From Octopus sinensis (lineage: Eukaryota), in assembly GCF_006345805.1 (NCBI RefSeq), contig NC_042997.1, positions 33,914,001 through 33,978,000 on the forward strand: a stretch of 64,000 nucleotides of DNA, written 5' to 3'. Below, one piece after another: positions 13,346-26,678 of the stretch (its first letter is position 1; the number at the start of each line of letters is the position of its first letter). The position numbers and the translations under genes were made by a program. The notes under the pieces were generated by a model that was given only the letters and a program-made list of their open reading frames with translations, made no database searches and was not told the origin of the DNA.

Positions 13346-13699
13346 CAACCAACCGAGTATCCCCCCCCACTCCCTTGTCACGACCAAACCTTTTTCCAAT
13401 TATGTCAACAGCTATAAACTATACAAACGCATCCACCACTGAAGTTAAACAAAATTTGTTTTTATTCCCTCCACCACCACCTCCCTCTGAATAAAGTGAA
13501 ACCCATAAAAGTAAAAAAGATGATGATGATGATGATGATGATGATGATAATAATAATAATGGTTTGTGAAATCATTGGGTAAAAAGAATCACCACCACAA
13601 TAACAACAACAACAACAGCAACATAAAAGTTGTAGTAAACACATTACCGAAAGCAACAAACTCAACGACAATAATAGCGACAATAATTATCATTTCTCT

Positions 13700-13932
13700 T
13701 AATAATGATGATAGTAATAATAATAATAATAATAATGATGATAATAATAATGATAATAATGATAATAATAATAATGATAATGATAATAATAATAATAATG
13801 ATAATAATAATAATGATAATAATAATAATGATAATAATAATAATGATAGTAATAATGATAATAATAATGATAATAATAATAATAATAATAATAATGATAA
13901 TAATAATAATGATAATAATAATAATAATAGTA

Positions 13933-13968
<36 letters not shown>

Positions 13969-13970
13969 GT
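13700..13970. repeat. (AAT/GAT)n microsatellite
   Basis: Directly visible. Confidence 0.95.
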
Positions 13971-14239
13971 TCAGTATGAAAAATTCAAATGAAAATAAGG
14001 GTTTTCTTTCTCCTAGAAATCAAATCTATTCTCATCAGAAATGAAATTAAATATTAAAAAATATAAAGAAATTTTAAAATGAAAACAAAAAAAAAAGAAT
14101 ATGTAACAAAAGAATGTAATATTAGAAAAGAAGTAGGATACAATAGTGATGATGATGATGATGATGATGATGATGGGACAAGTGATGGTGGTGGTGGTGT
14201 TGGTGGTGTGGTCATGAAAATCGTAGCAGTAATTAATGT

Positions 14240-15110
14240 TGGTGTTGATGGTAGTAGTTGTGGTGATGATGGTGGTGGTGGTGGTGGTTGTGGTGGTGGG
14301 GGTGATAGTGGTGTTGGTATTGATAAAGATGAGTTTTATCACAGTATAGTGTTGGTAACAATGTTGTGACGATGCTGATGATGATAGTAGTGGTGATGGT
14401 GGTGATGGTGTTGGCGGTGGTACAGATAATGATGATAGCACTGGTGGTGGCGGTAGTAGTGGTGTTGGTGTCGAAGATGATGATGATGATGATGATGATG
14501 ATGGTAGTAATGGCGTTGGTTGTAATGACAGTGATGGCGTTGGTGGTGGTGCCGTTGCTGATGAGAGTAGTGAGAGTGGGGATGGTGGTGGTGGTATTGA
14601 TGATGGTTGTAGAGATGGTTGTAGAGATGGTTATAGTGGTAGTGATGATGGTGGCGATGTTGGTGATGATGATGATGATGATGATGGTGGTGGTGGGGAT
14701 GGTGATGGTGGTGGTGATGGTGATGATGGTGGTGGCGATGTTGGTGAGGATGATGATGATTGTGATGATGATGGTGATGGTGATGATGATGGTGATGATG
14801 ATGTTGGCGATGTTGGTGAGGATGATGATGATGATGATTGTGATGATGTGATGGTGATGGTGATGATGATGGTGATGGTGATGATGGTGATGGTGATGAT
14901 GATGATGGTGGCGATGTTGGTGAGGATGATGATGGTGATGATGATGATGATGATTGTGATGGTGGCATTGATGGTAATGATTACGATGACGATAGAATGG
15001 CATTGGCTGGTGAGGCTGGTATTGATGATGCTGACGAAGAAAGTAATTGTTGTGGTAGTGATGACACTGATGGCAGCAGCAGCAGTAGCAGTGTCATGAT
15101 GGAGTAGGGG
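14240..15110. repeat. (GAT/GGT)n cryptic trinucleotide block
   Basis: Source of the poly-H/I/M/S ORFs; no stop-free frame spans the block with recognisable protein content. Confidence 0.9.
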
Positions 15111-16150
15111 GTTACAGGTTATGAATAGCATTTAATGAGGTAATTTTTATTTCTCGTACTGATTAATTACTCGTTGTCGTTGATGACTGTTTGATAAGCT
15201 CTCCATAATGGCAGCTATGCCACCATAACCTGTTCAGATTGCTGTAATTCAGAATTTGTCCTCTGCGATTTGCCATGCAGCAAACATTCATCATCACCGT
15301 TGTTTATTGTTGTTGTTGTTGTTCTCGTCATTACCATTGCTGCCATGCTTGGATTGTTGTCGGTAGCGGTGGAGGCGGCGGCGGCGGCAACGGCAACGGT
15401 GGTGGCGATAACGATTATTGTCGTTATCATTATCATTATCATTATTAGTATTATTTCCCCCGTGGTGAATTGACATAGCCATTAAAAGCATCCGATAGAT
15501 AGAAAAGCCCTTGTCATATTTATTCTGGTTCTTTTGCACTCTGAGTTCATATCTCGCTTCATCCCGTTTCGGGGTTGGGGTTGGGGTAAGGGGGCTGCTC
15601 GTTAAATAAAGTATCAAACCGAAGATGGTAGTAGATTGGGTGGAACTGTTTTTACAGGTATTTGACAAGATTCTTTCCAAGATTAGGTGCCTAATTTAGC
15701 TCTTTATGTTCTGAGTTCAGAAGCTACCTAAGGATCTAGAACCAGAGCTAATCACCCATCCATGGGACCACAGCTAATTATGAAAGCTGCACTAAGTGGA
15801 AGGAGGAGGAGGAAAGGCTACAGTTGCAGATAGCTACTGTAGTTGAACAATGATTATTGTTATTCATCATCATTGTCACCAATATCATCATCATCATCAT
15901 CGTTTTAATGTTCACTTTTCTTCCATGCTTGAATGGGTTAGGTAGAACTCTTTGAGGCAAATTTTCTATGGCTGGATGTCCTTCCTGTTGTCATCAACCC
16001 TCACCTGTTTCCAAGCAAAGTGATATTCCTCCATGGATGGGCTTGTTTTCATGGTAGACTGGAAATAAAAGGCATTGCTTGTCTATTAGTGACACTCATT
16101 TGTAACTATTGGGTGTTCTCAAGACATGGAAGTACAAACGTACACATATA

Positions 16151-16562
16151 GGCGCTGAAGTGGCTGTGTGGTAAGTACCTTGCTTACCAACCACATGGTT
16201 CCAGGTTCAGTCCCACTGCGTGGCATCTTGGGCAAGTGTCTTCTGCTATAGCCTCGGGCCGACCAATGCCTTGTGAATGGATTTGGTAGACGGAAACTGA
16301 AAGAAGCCTGTCGTATATATGTATATATATATATTTGTATGTGTGTGCATGTTTGTGTGTCTGTGTTTGTCCCCCTAGCATTGCTTGACAACTGATGCTG
16401 GTGTGTTAACGTCCCCGTCACCTAGCGGTTCGGCAAAATAGACCGATAGAATAAGTACTGGGCTTACAAAGAATAAGTCCCGGGGTCGAGTTGCTCGATT
16501 AAAGGCGGTGCTCCAGCATGGCCGCACTCAAATGACTGAAACAAGTAAAAGAGTAAAAGAGA
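16151..16562 (+). mobile_element. tRNA-derived SINE, family B (~410 bp, internal (TA/TG)n, tail (aaaagagt)n)
   Basis: Head ggcgc.ggagtggctgtgtggtaag with B-box-like ggttcagtccc; about 10 near-full copies occur in the window. Confidence 0.9.
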
Positions 16563-17219
16563 TACTTCCACATGCACACACATGTGCATGTAGAACACAC
16601 ACACATACATACGTACACACACACACACACACACACACATGCTCATATATGATGGGCTTCTTTCAGTTTCCATCAACCAAATCCATTTCACAAGGCTTTG
16701 ATATGTCTGGGGCTGTAGTAGAAGACACTTGCCCAAGGTGCCATGCAGTGGGACTGAACCTGGGACCGTGTTGTTGGGAAACAAACTTTTTACCTATACA
16801 TCTATGCCTGCGCCTTGCCACAAAATGGCAGTAAGAAGGAGAAGCAGTTTAACTACATCCTTTTACATATTGTGTTTAAATCCTGCCTGGTCAATCTCAC
16901 CTCTGTTCCCTCAGGAGCTGACATAGTAAAATACAACCCAAATACGGTCATCAGACATTTTTGTGCGTTCACATCATCTGAAATTGGTGACCTTGTGCAT
17001 GCCAATTGTAGGAAATCATTATTACTGTGATACCATCAACACCAACATTAATTACTACTACGATTTTCATGACCACACCACCAACACCACCATCATCACT
17101 TATCCCATCATCATCATCACTATTGTATCCTACTTCTTTTCTAATATTACATTCTTTTGTTACATTTTTTTTTGTTTTCATTTTAAAATTTCTTTATATT
17201 TTTAATATTTAATTTCATT

Positions 17220-17723
17220 AAATCAAATCAAACCAAAATCAAAATAGATGAACATCAATGGAATTTGTATCTTTGTGGTACCAGTGCCGGTGGCACATAA
17301 GAAAACCATCCGAACGTGGCTGTAGCCAGTACCGCATCGACTAGCCTCCGTGCTGTGGGCACGTAACAAACACCATCCGATCGTGGCCGTTCGCCAGCCT
17401 CGTCTGGCACCTGTGTTGGTGGCACATAAAAAACACCATCCGAGCGTGGTTGTCTGCCAGCCTTGTCTGGCACTTGTGTCGGTGGCACATAAAAAACACC
17501 ATCCGAGCGTGGCCGTTCGCCAGCCTCGTCTGGCACCTGTGTCGGTGGCACATAAAATCACCCACTACACTCGCGGAGTGGTTGGCGTTAGGAAGGGCAT
17601 CCAGCTGTAGAAACTTTGCCAGATCAGACTGGAGCCTGGTGCAGCCCCTGGTTTCCCAGACCCCGGTCGAACCATCCAACCCATGCTAGCATGGAAAACG
17701 GACGCTAAACGATGATGATGATG
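17220..17723 (+). mobile_element. RTE LINE 3'UTR copy (family D) with internal ~60-bp tandem repeats
   Basis: Starts at the (caaat)n module, carries three aaacaccatccga.cgtgg.. units and has a (gat)n tail. Confidence 0.85.
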
Positions 17724-19599
17724 AATACAGCTATCACTCTCTCTCTTACTCTCTTCCTTTACTCCTTCCTCTCATTTCTGTCACTCTGTCCCCACTCCCA
17801 CCATCACATTCATTCTCTCTCTTCTTTCACCTGTTTGATCATCCTTCTCTTCAGTTTCTTGTTCAGATTTGCTTTGAAAGAACAGAGACAACATAGAAAA
17901 GATTCTTTAGTCTTGCATTGGACAAGGCAGCTCCTCTAGTGCTGTTGCCATCATAAAATATGCTTAGTACAGATTGTAATGTAGTTGACAAAGGATCAGA
18001 AACAATGATGGGTAGAGAGGAATTTTTAACTTTGTTGAAGACAAAATATATTCTCTACTGGTTGTACCATAAGAAAATACATCCTGTACACTATATAAAG
18101 GGGTGGTGTTAAAACATCTAGCCATAGAAAGTATACCCCATATGGAGTGCATGTATGAGATGTAGCCCTTCGACTTGTCTGGGGAAGGCAATGATTCTGG
18201 ATATGAAACAGCTCAGATTACGATAATGCCTCTAACCATGCCAGCATGGAAAGTAGACATAAAAGCAATGATGATGATGATTGTAATAGTAGTGGTAAAG
18301 TTTGTGTGTGATTTGAAAGGTTGGGTATTAAGCCGACAACTTAGACTTTTTTAGGAAAAAAAATGGAAAAATTTGTTCTTCATGTCTCAACTGAATGGCT
18401 GAGATATGAAAATGAAATTCAAGGTGTTAGCGTATTGTACCAACTCTCACCTTGATGCAAGTTCCGATATGCAGGGTGAGTGAGGGATGGGTGTTTACGA
18501 CTGACTTGGGCAATAAATAATATTACACTTTGAGCTAGATTGGTGTGCGAAAGAACTAACAAAAAAAAAAGCAAAAAAGAAAAAAACAAACAAAAAAACC
18601 CAAAAAAAATCTGTGTAAAAAAACAAAACAGTGAGAAACAAAACAGCTTTTAATACATAATGTTCTTCCGCTCACTCACCACTTAGCTTTTCTTTCTTTA
18701 TTTCTATCCTCTTGACCAGTCTTCCATGCTGTAGACCGACTACATTTCTGCATCATGACTCCTCTCTCTTTTCCTTTCTCTCTCTCACTCACTCTCTCTC
18801 TACTGCTCTGCATCTCACTTCTTCACTCCTCTCTCTCTCTCTTTACTGCCTTGTCATCTCTCCTCCTCTTCCTCTTCCAATCTCTTTCTCTCCCCCTCTC
18901 TCTTTCTCTTCCAGTCCGTTAAATAAATTTCTCCAGACTAATGTACAGTACTCTACGGAATCATTTTAAAACAAACAAAAACGCAAGAAAAAACATCTCC
19001 AGATGCATTAGTTTTTTAATGATCCAAATCATAATAAAAAAAGTTTTTGTTTGCTTGTTAACGAGACTTTATTTGTCTATGTTTTTTGCTTGTTTCATTA
19101 ATTTATTTTTTATTTTTATTTACTAAAACATATTTGAAACAAACAAAAACACCCCCCCAAAAACAAAAACAAAAATTTTCTTCCCCCATATTAATATCAG
19201 TTGATGGACACTGCCAGTGACACTGTTCTCTTTAAAACCTGTTGATATCCACAAATGTTAGAAAGTACTCATATACAGCATGTAGTTACAGCACACGAGA
19301 CAACATTTTTCAACAATTTTGCTGGTGGATTGACTGACTTTAGAGCATCAGTCAAAGTGCTTTGCACTGTCTTTACATTCTGAGTTCAAATTCTGCCAGG
19401 TCAACTTTGCCTTTCATCCTGCCAGTATTGATAAAATAAAATTTCAATCAAGAAACGAAAATGATACACACATTATATAAATATGTGTTAGAATTCCCAG
19501 AGGAGGGCTGTCACCTGAACCTAATCAGAATTAACCTTATTGACAAAGATATGTGTCTGCTCTCATCTGTTTTTCTCTGAACTTTGGGCACATGCCGAG

Positions 19600-20760
19600 A
19601 GAAGTTCCATTTACTTGTCTTCTTGTCTTGTCTTCTTGTCTTGTCTTGAGACAGCATTTACCCGGGGTGGGTTGAGCTGGCTTCATTCATCCTCAATGCT
19701 GCATCTCTCACAAACGCCAACCAGACCTGGCGATCCTTCAAACATTCTTCATTTACTTGGGCCACACTTGTCACTCTTATCTACCTTTCAAGAACTTACT
19801 TACCAGAAGGCATTCTTCATTCTGACTTCTTTTTCTATGTGGAACTTGGAAAAGCTGATGGAAGATTCACTAAAGAAGAAAGTTTCTGTCTTTCATCCTT
19901 TCAGTCATGTTCACTATACAACATCTTTTGCCATAGTCACCAGACTCAGGGAGACTACCTGCCCTTTGTGAGCAGAGGAAGGTGGCAGGATGATCTTCAT
20001 GATGGATTTGGACGATAGCCAGATCTGTTATACATGTGCAAACCATTGATCAGCAATGGTCAAACACTGAACAAGTTTCTACAGTATGATTTTGTTTCTC
20101 TGCATCCATTCTCAGACAGGCCTATTGCAATGCTTATATAATTTATCTTCAAAAAGCAATACTCTTACCTTCTCATAACACTGTCACACCACATATTTTT
20201 TAAAGTAATCCATTGTCCCTTGGTCAAAAGTCTCCCAAAACTAACCAATCACTTGATTTTTATCGTACACTGAGTTACCCCCAAACTGTTGTCAATTTTC
20301 TGCAATGTCAGTCCTCTACAGAATATTGAGGTGTAAGTTCCATGGCTGACTGATCTCATTAGTAGAGATCTGTTGGTGCTTGACAACATTTGAGAGACCA
20401 GGGGCCCAAACTTGGTCTATGATTGACTCAGGGTTGCAGCTCCATCAAAGAGATCAGTTGTGACCAAATGTGCTTGCAAAAGGGCAAATTCACCTGCTCA
20501 CCATCCAAGAATCTTTGTAGATGTAGCAGTCTCAATGCACATCTACTTATCTTAAACCATGGTATAACACCCTTATCATGCAGAGGGTTGTTAGTAGTAG
20601 ACGGATGGTCTGAACACACTAGAACATTTCCCTTCCTCAAGAAATGAAAGATCTGACACTCCAATGGAATCAGATGGAAACTGGGGCAAGACAGAACAAT
20701 CATGCGAGACACAATGACTGGGGCAAGACACAATAGAGTTGATTTATGCATTCATCTCTT
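19600..20760 (-). mobile_element. Degenerate RTE-clade LINE 3' fragment with (CAAGA)n tail
   Basis: Minus-strand relics WFKIS (~WF.I.SGVRQG), TDLFDGAATL (~DL.FADD), QWFAHV (~RWFGHV) and terminus DRQVWLAFVRDAALRMNEASSTHPG*; tail of acaag repeats at 19605-19650. Confidence 0.7.
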
Positions 20761-20832
20761 CTGTTTGACCTTCCTAGGATAGCTTCCTTCTGGACAATTT
20801 TTGGGTGAGGTTTTAATCTCATTCTAGTTACT

Positions 20833-21411
20833 TATTTCTTTACTGCCTTCAAGGGGCTACACACAGAGGGTACAAACAAGGCACAAACGGATTAAGAAAG
20901 TTTCTGTCGTCCATCCTTTCAGTCATGTTCCTTATACAACATCTTTTGCCATAGTCACCAGACACAGGGAGACTACTTGCCCTTTGTGAGCAGAGGAAGG
21001 TGGCAGGATGATCTTCATGATGGATTTGGATGATAGCCAGATCTGTTATACAGAAACTTATTTAATCGACCCCGAGAGGATGAAAGGCAAAGTTGACCTC
21101 GGTGGAATTTGAACTCAGAACATAACGGCAGATGAAATATCTATTTCTTTATTACCCACAAGGGGCTAAACATAGAGGGGACAAACAAGGACAGACATAG
21201 GTATTAAGTCGATTACATCGACCCCAGTGCGTAACTGGTACTTAATTTATCGACCCCGAAAGGATGAAAGGGAAAGTCGACCTCGGCGGAATTTGAACTC
21301 AGAACGTAACGCAGACGAAATACCGCTAAGCATTTCACCCAACATGCTAATGTTTCTGCCTTCTGGCAGATGAAATACAACTAAGCATTTCGCCCGGCGT
21401 GGTAACGTTTC
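20833..21411 (-). mobile_element. SINE family A tandem copies; the left copy is interrupted by a 159-bp templated insertion
   Basis: Family A sequence lies on both sides of 20894-21052. Confidence 0.8.
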
Positions 21412-21565
21412 GTTACTATCCATTTAGAAGTCCTGTCCAAACCATATCTGAAGCAGCTTAACTTATAACTTGTTCATTGGGCAATGATGGTCAGTGACAC
21501 ATACTTGCACTCACAGCTGCTGATCTGGAAATCTACTGACTTGTTTATATGTTAGTCTTGCTCTG

Positions 21566-21951
21566 TTACTCTCTTACTTACTACTTTTTACTCTTTTACA
21601 TGTTTCAGTCATTGACTGCAGCCATGCTGAGCACCGCCTTTAGTCGAGCAAATCGACCCCGGGACTTATTCTTTGTAGCCAGTACTTATTCTATCGGTCT
21701 CTTTTGCCGAACCGCTAAGTGACGGGCCTAAACACCAGCATCGTTGTCACAATTCTAGGGGGACAAACACAGACACACAAACACACATACATATTATATA
21801 TACGACAGGCTTCTTTCAGTTTCCGTCTACCAAATCCACTCACAAGGCATTGGTCGGGCCGGGGCTAGCAGAAGACATTGCCCAAGATGCCAGCAGTGGG
21901 ACTGAACCCGGAACCATGAGGTTGGTGCAAGCTACTTACCACCAACCACTC
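21566..21951 (-). mobile_element. SINE family B (many 1-bp deletions)
   Basis: Reverse-complement match to 16151-16562. Confidence 0.85.
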
Positions 21952-22174
21952 ACTGTTTCTTTCTTTTAGAATGGATCCAGCCTCTTTCGACTTTTTGCTG
22001 CCTGGCACCATTTTAGCAATGATTACACAAGTCACTTGGCTCTCTTGCATCTCAAGTTCCATTGTAATTGCTTAAGAATTAGTATATACAGAGGAGATTA
22101 TAGAGGACACTCATAACATGTTGAGCATGTGATTTGAAACATTTACTCAATATGTTATGGGTGTTTTTCTACAC

Positions 22175-22887
22175 CAGGGGTTCTCAACCATTTTCTTTTA
22201 TTTATGAGCCCCCTTTGATTACTTTTTTTTTTATTCTGGTGGACCCCCATAGCCAGTTGATGTTGAAAAACTTGTTTTTAAAGAAACTTCTTTCAGCATT
22301 TCTATTTTGTTATTCACACATTCCCTTGCATATTACTGAACTCTCTCTTTACTCTTTTTACTCTTTTACTTGTTTCAGTCATTAGACTGTGGCCATGCTG
22401 GAGCACCACCTTTAGTCGAGCAAATCGACCCTGGGACTTATTCTTTGTAAGCCCAGTACTTATTCTATCGGTCTCTTTTTGCCGAACCGCTAAGTGACGG
22501 GGACATAAACATACCAGCATCGGTTGTCAAGCAATGCTAGAGGGACAAACACAGACACACAAACATATAGAGACACATACATATATATATATATATACAT
22601 ATATACGACAGGCTTCTTTCAGTTTCTGCCTACCAAATCCACTCACAAGGCTTTGGTCGGCCCAAGGCTATAGCAGAAGACACTTGCCCAAGATGCCACG
22701 CAGTGGGACTGAACCCGGAACCATGTGGTTGGTTAGCAAGCTACTTACCACACAGCCACTCCTGTGCCTACTATGTATGGGATACATATCAATACATACA
22801 TCTAATGCTAAATTTTTTCAGGGGCCCTTATAATGCTATTCTGGGTCTCTAATTTATTATTAGATGGATCCTGGTTGAGAACCACTG
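22175..22887. mobile_element. hAT (Charlie-type) MITE with a nested SINE B
   Basis: TIRs caggggttctcaacc / ggttgagaaccactg; 8-bp flanks ttctacac and tgctagac agree at 6/8 positions and fit the NTCTAGAN Charlie target. Confidence 0.75.
22341..22768 (-). mobile_element. SINE family B nested in the hAT MITE
   Basis: Full-length reverse-complement match to family B. Confidence 0.9.
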
Positions 22888-24047
22888 TGCTAGACAGTCA
22901 TTTAGTTTGATCACTGAAATGATCCAGTCTTTGAAACCTGGACTGGAAGCAACTGCGTTGAGGACAGCTTCCAAGTAGTGATGATTAACCCTATTGAAAA
23001 AACTTTCAATTGATCCAAATTGAGCTGAGCTTCATAGGAGCCAGGTATTTCATGGCAGACAGGGAGGAAAGGATAGTAATGAGGAAAAAAGAAAAAAGAA
23101 AGAGAGAAAAATAAAACAAACAAAAAAAAAACCTCTTAAAACTCTTGGAGCAAATGGAACATAATTTGTGTGTTTATCTTAACGTGTTAAGAGCTACACC
23201 AACCTCTACCTTGAAAACTTCTTTCTCAGTTCCATACCTGTGTTTTTCGAAGTGTGCGAGTGTCATCATATACTAATTGTATAACATTCAACGGTTTTTC
23301 CATCTCAACACTATATTTTTTTCTTTTATTTGTTCCTTGTTATTGTTTGTTTAGTTTGTTTACGCTTAGCCTCATCATATGTTATTAGTTCTGTTGATGT
23401 TGTTGTATTGGTATTTTTTAGTATTTCTTGTTTTTATTATCTTCATTTGCTGCTCTTTGAGCAAAAAAAAAACTATATGGTAGCAAATTCAATAGTGAGT
23501 TATTTTTACTAGAAATATATTTTGCATGTCTGATAAAAGAATTGTTTAATACTCACACAGCATAGGAATTAACTCTATATCATGAATAAAGTTTGTATAT
23601 GAAATTTATTTATGCATAATAATACTTTTTTTTCTTCTAAAAAATATGAGTATGTGATTTCTTAACTTTGGACCTTACAACAGGTGATCTTGTACAGCTT
23701 ACACCAGTAAAGTTCAAAGGTCACTTTCAAATTTGAACTCTTTCAGTATATTTTTTATGCAGAAATTATAATCTAACTAAATACCTCTATGGCTCTGGTA
23801 CTACGAACATGTGATTAGAATGTCCCAGGAAAGAAGTGCAAGACAATTCTTCAAGCTAAACCAGCTGGTAGGAGACCTAGGGGTAGACCAAGAATGTGAT
23901 GGTTGTATAATGTCCATAGCCTCAGCTGATCATGCTTGGGAATCTAGCCAGATGTTTAATGACTGTTATTTCTGATAGGACCCTTTTTAGGTACTCAAAG
24001 ACTCTACCTCCAGGACCCTTTCAGGAATATCGAGCAGAGAATATCGA

Positions 24048-24454
24048 GGCGTAGGAGTGGCTGTGTGGTAAGTAGCTTACTTACCAACCACATGGTTCCG
24101 GGTTCAGTCCCACTGCATGGCACCTTGGGCAAGTGTCTTCTACTATAGCCTCGGGCTGACCAAAGCCTTGTGAGTGGATTTGGTAGACGGAAACTGAAAG
24201 AAGCCCATCGTATATATGTATATATATGTATGTGTATGTAGTTGTGTGTCTGTGTTTGTCCCCCAACATCGCTTGACAACCAATGCTGGTGTGTTTACAC
24301 CCCCGTAACTTAGTGGTTCAGCAAAAGGGACCGATAGAATAAGTACAAGGCTTGCAAAGAATAAGTCCTGGGGTCAATTTGCTCGACTAACAGCGGTGCT
24401 CCAGCATGGCTACAGTCACATAACTGAAACAAGTAAAAGAGTAAAGAGAGAGAG
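24048..24454 (+). mobile_element. SINE family B
   Basis: Full-length match. Confidence 0.9.
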
Positions 24455-24542
24455 AAGGCTAGATAAATACCTTTTTAATCATCTTTGTAATACAAAAAAT
24501 GTCAATGCCTGTTTTGCATTAGAACAAATATTTTCCTTAAAT

Positions 24543-25486
24543 CTTGTTCTTAGTCTTCATAAATCACTTGCCCGACGACCTCACGCAACACACCCTTCTA
24601 TTTGCCGACGATATCAAACTGGTCACTCCTCGAGGTAATATAGAGGATCTTCGTCGATGCCTCCACCAAATTTGGAAGTGGTCTAACGATTGGGACCCGT
24701 GTCTGAACGTGTCAAAGTGCTGTCATCTGCCTGTCGGCTCTACTCCTGCAACTCAACTTGATTTCGAGCCGGGTCGTCTGCTGCTGGAGAGGACCGATCA
24801 GGTAAAGGACCTGGTTATCTTGGTGGATCCCTCCTTTTCGCCTTCGGCCCAGTGCGTCCATGCTGCCAACAAAGCACGCGGAATTCTGTTCTTGATTCGA
24901 CGGTCATTCGGAATGCTCACAGCAGCCATATTCCTACCACTCTATGTCACGCTGGTGAGACCCATATTGGAGTATGGGATTCAAGCCTCTTCTCCTTATC
25001 TCCTCAAAGACATACAGCATCTCGAAAGAGTCCAGAAGCTGGCTACCCGCATGGTTCATGGTCTCAAAAATTTGTCCTACGAAGAAAGGCTGAGGACGCT
25101 CAACCTTTATTCTCTTGAAAGACGCAGCCGCCGTGGTGATCTCATTCTCGCCCACAACATCATAAGCGGAAAGTGTAACCTCTCGAAAGAGCTGTTCTTC
25201 ACTCCTGCTCCAGAGCGTCGGCTGCGGGGTCATTCCGAAAAGCTCTACCTGCAACGATTTCATCTCAATCGAAGGAGAGGAGCTTTCTCCGTCCGGGTTG
25301 CGGATCCGTGGAACAAGCTGCCAGACGAGATGGTGAAGATGCCGACGACCGCTTTGTTCAAAGCCTCCCTGAACCTCAAGTGGCCTGAACTCTTTACATG
25401 AACACCACCCTGTACTTAACTCCATGTCCCCCCACATGGCCTTGCTATTTGCTTTTGAGCCAAATTAACTAACTAACTAACTAACT
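24543..25486 (+). mobile_element. 5'-truncated CR1-clade LINE with (TAAC)n tail
   Basis: Contains the RT C-terminal ORF, a 3'UTR and the ctaactaactaac tail; 3' ends of the same family occur at 49396-49671 and 63707-63855. Confidence 0.9.
24544..25401 (+). CDS. CR1 LINE ORF2 reverse transcriptase, C-terminal 285 aa (transposon fragment, not a host gene)
   Basis: LFADDIKL catalytic motif, VKDL.ILVD, LY.TLVRPILEYG, LERVQKLATRMV and LYSLERR..RGDLI are characteristic CR1 motifs. Confidence 0.85.
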   Translation: MFLVFINHLPDDLTQHTLLFADDIKLVTPRGNIEDLRRCLHQIWKWSNDWDPCLNVSKCCHLPVGSTPATQLDFEPGRLLLERTDQVKDLVILVDPSFSPSAQCVHAANKARGILFLIRRSFGMLTAAIFLPLYVTLVRPILEYGIQASSPYLLKDIQHLERVQKLATRMVHGLKNLSYEERLRTLNLYSLERRSRRGDLILAHNIISGKCNLSKELFFTPAPERRLRGHSEKLYLQRFHLNRRRGAFSVRVADPWNKLPDEMVKMPTTALFKASLNLKWPELFT

Positions 25487-25868
25487 TGTGCAATTTTGTT
25501 CTGTATATACTAAATATAATTGTTAATCACTGTGTTATTTTAGATATCTAATCTTTTGTACACATAGTAATTTCTTTCATGGGCTTGCTGCAAACCAAGT
25601 ACGTGAGCATAGGAACACAGCTTAGAGGGAACAGCTCATGTGAGGTAGTTTATTTTTAGGATTATTTTTCCTATAGTTATGTGTGTGTCACTTTGGGTAA
25701 GTATTTCTACTATGGCCTTTGATGGATCAAAGTCTTAAATTTTGTAGACAGAAACAGAAAGAAGCCCATCACACACATGTACGCATGCATGCGTGCATAT
25801 ATATAAAAGAGCATGCCACAACAGCAACTAACTCTGGGTTGGATCTATGGTTTATATTAGACTGGCTT

Positions 25869-26124
25869 CCATGCAGGTGGCATGTAAAATGCACCAATCC
25901 GACCGTGGCCGATGCCAGCCTCGCCTGGCACCAGTGCAGGTGGCACGTAAAAAGCACCCACTACACTCATGGAGTGGTTGGCATTAGGAAGGGCATCCAG
26001 CTGTAGAAACACTGCCAGATCAGACTGGAGCCTGGTGCAGCCTTCTGGCTTCCCAGATCCCCAGTTGAACCGTCCAACCCATGCTAGCATGGAGAACGGA
26101 CATTAAACGATGATGATGATGATG
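25869..26124 (+). mobile_element. RTE LINE 3'UTR end (family D)
   Basis: ggttggcattaggaagggcatcc core and (gat)n tail. Confidence 0.8.
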
Positions 26125-26678
26125 GATCTCATTCAGTTACAATACCATCAGAACTACCCTCTTGCCCTCTTTGTTGTAGTTGTTTAGCTCTGTATCAACC
26201 TTGATCCAACAGGCCTTTGATTAGAGATGTGCGAGTCACAACCGTCCTAGCTTTTATGTAGACATAGTGTATCTAAGAACACATTATTTAGTATGTCCTT
26301 TTTTCATGGTGAGGTGCATGTGATTTGAAAGAGATTTATTTGGCTGCTATTTCTTGGAGATCATATGACTGCATACAGGTTTCCTTCATGGGTTATACTC
26401 TCTTAATTAAATATATACCTCTAGATATCCCAGAATTAACACTGTAGTCATTAATCACGACTGTAATGAAGATAAATGAGCCTCAACACGCTTGAAAATG
26501 TGATCTTTCAGTTGTCAAATCTGGATCTTCTCTCTTGGGGTTGTGAACTGAGCAATATTTTAGATTAAGGATAAATATATATGTTCTAAAATTGAATTAA
26601 CTAGCAGTGCCTGTGGAAATTCCATGAACCCTTTTGCGATACGATGTTTACCGTAAACATTTCCTCATCCTCTTTAAT

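Noticed and set aside
15215-15680. CpG-rich low-complexity ORFs (poly-A/R/N) resembling a transcription-factor exon
   Set aside because: All frames close within about 130 codons, part overlaps a degenerate SINE, and no domain is recognisable.
16915-17030. Strong acceptor ctctgttccctcag followed by GADIVKYNPNTVIRHFCAF...
   Set aside because: No convincing donor before the stop and no recognised homology; cannot be supported as an exon.
17223-17689. Overlapping ORFs with MPPTQVPDEAGERPRSDG repeats (also at 51061-55332)
   Set aside because: These are translations of the non-coding tandem units in the RTE 3'UTR.
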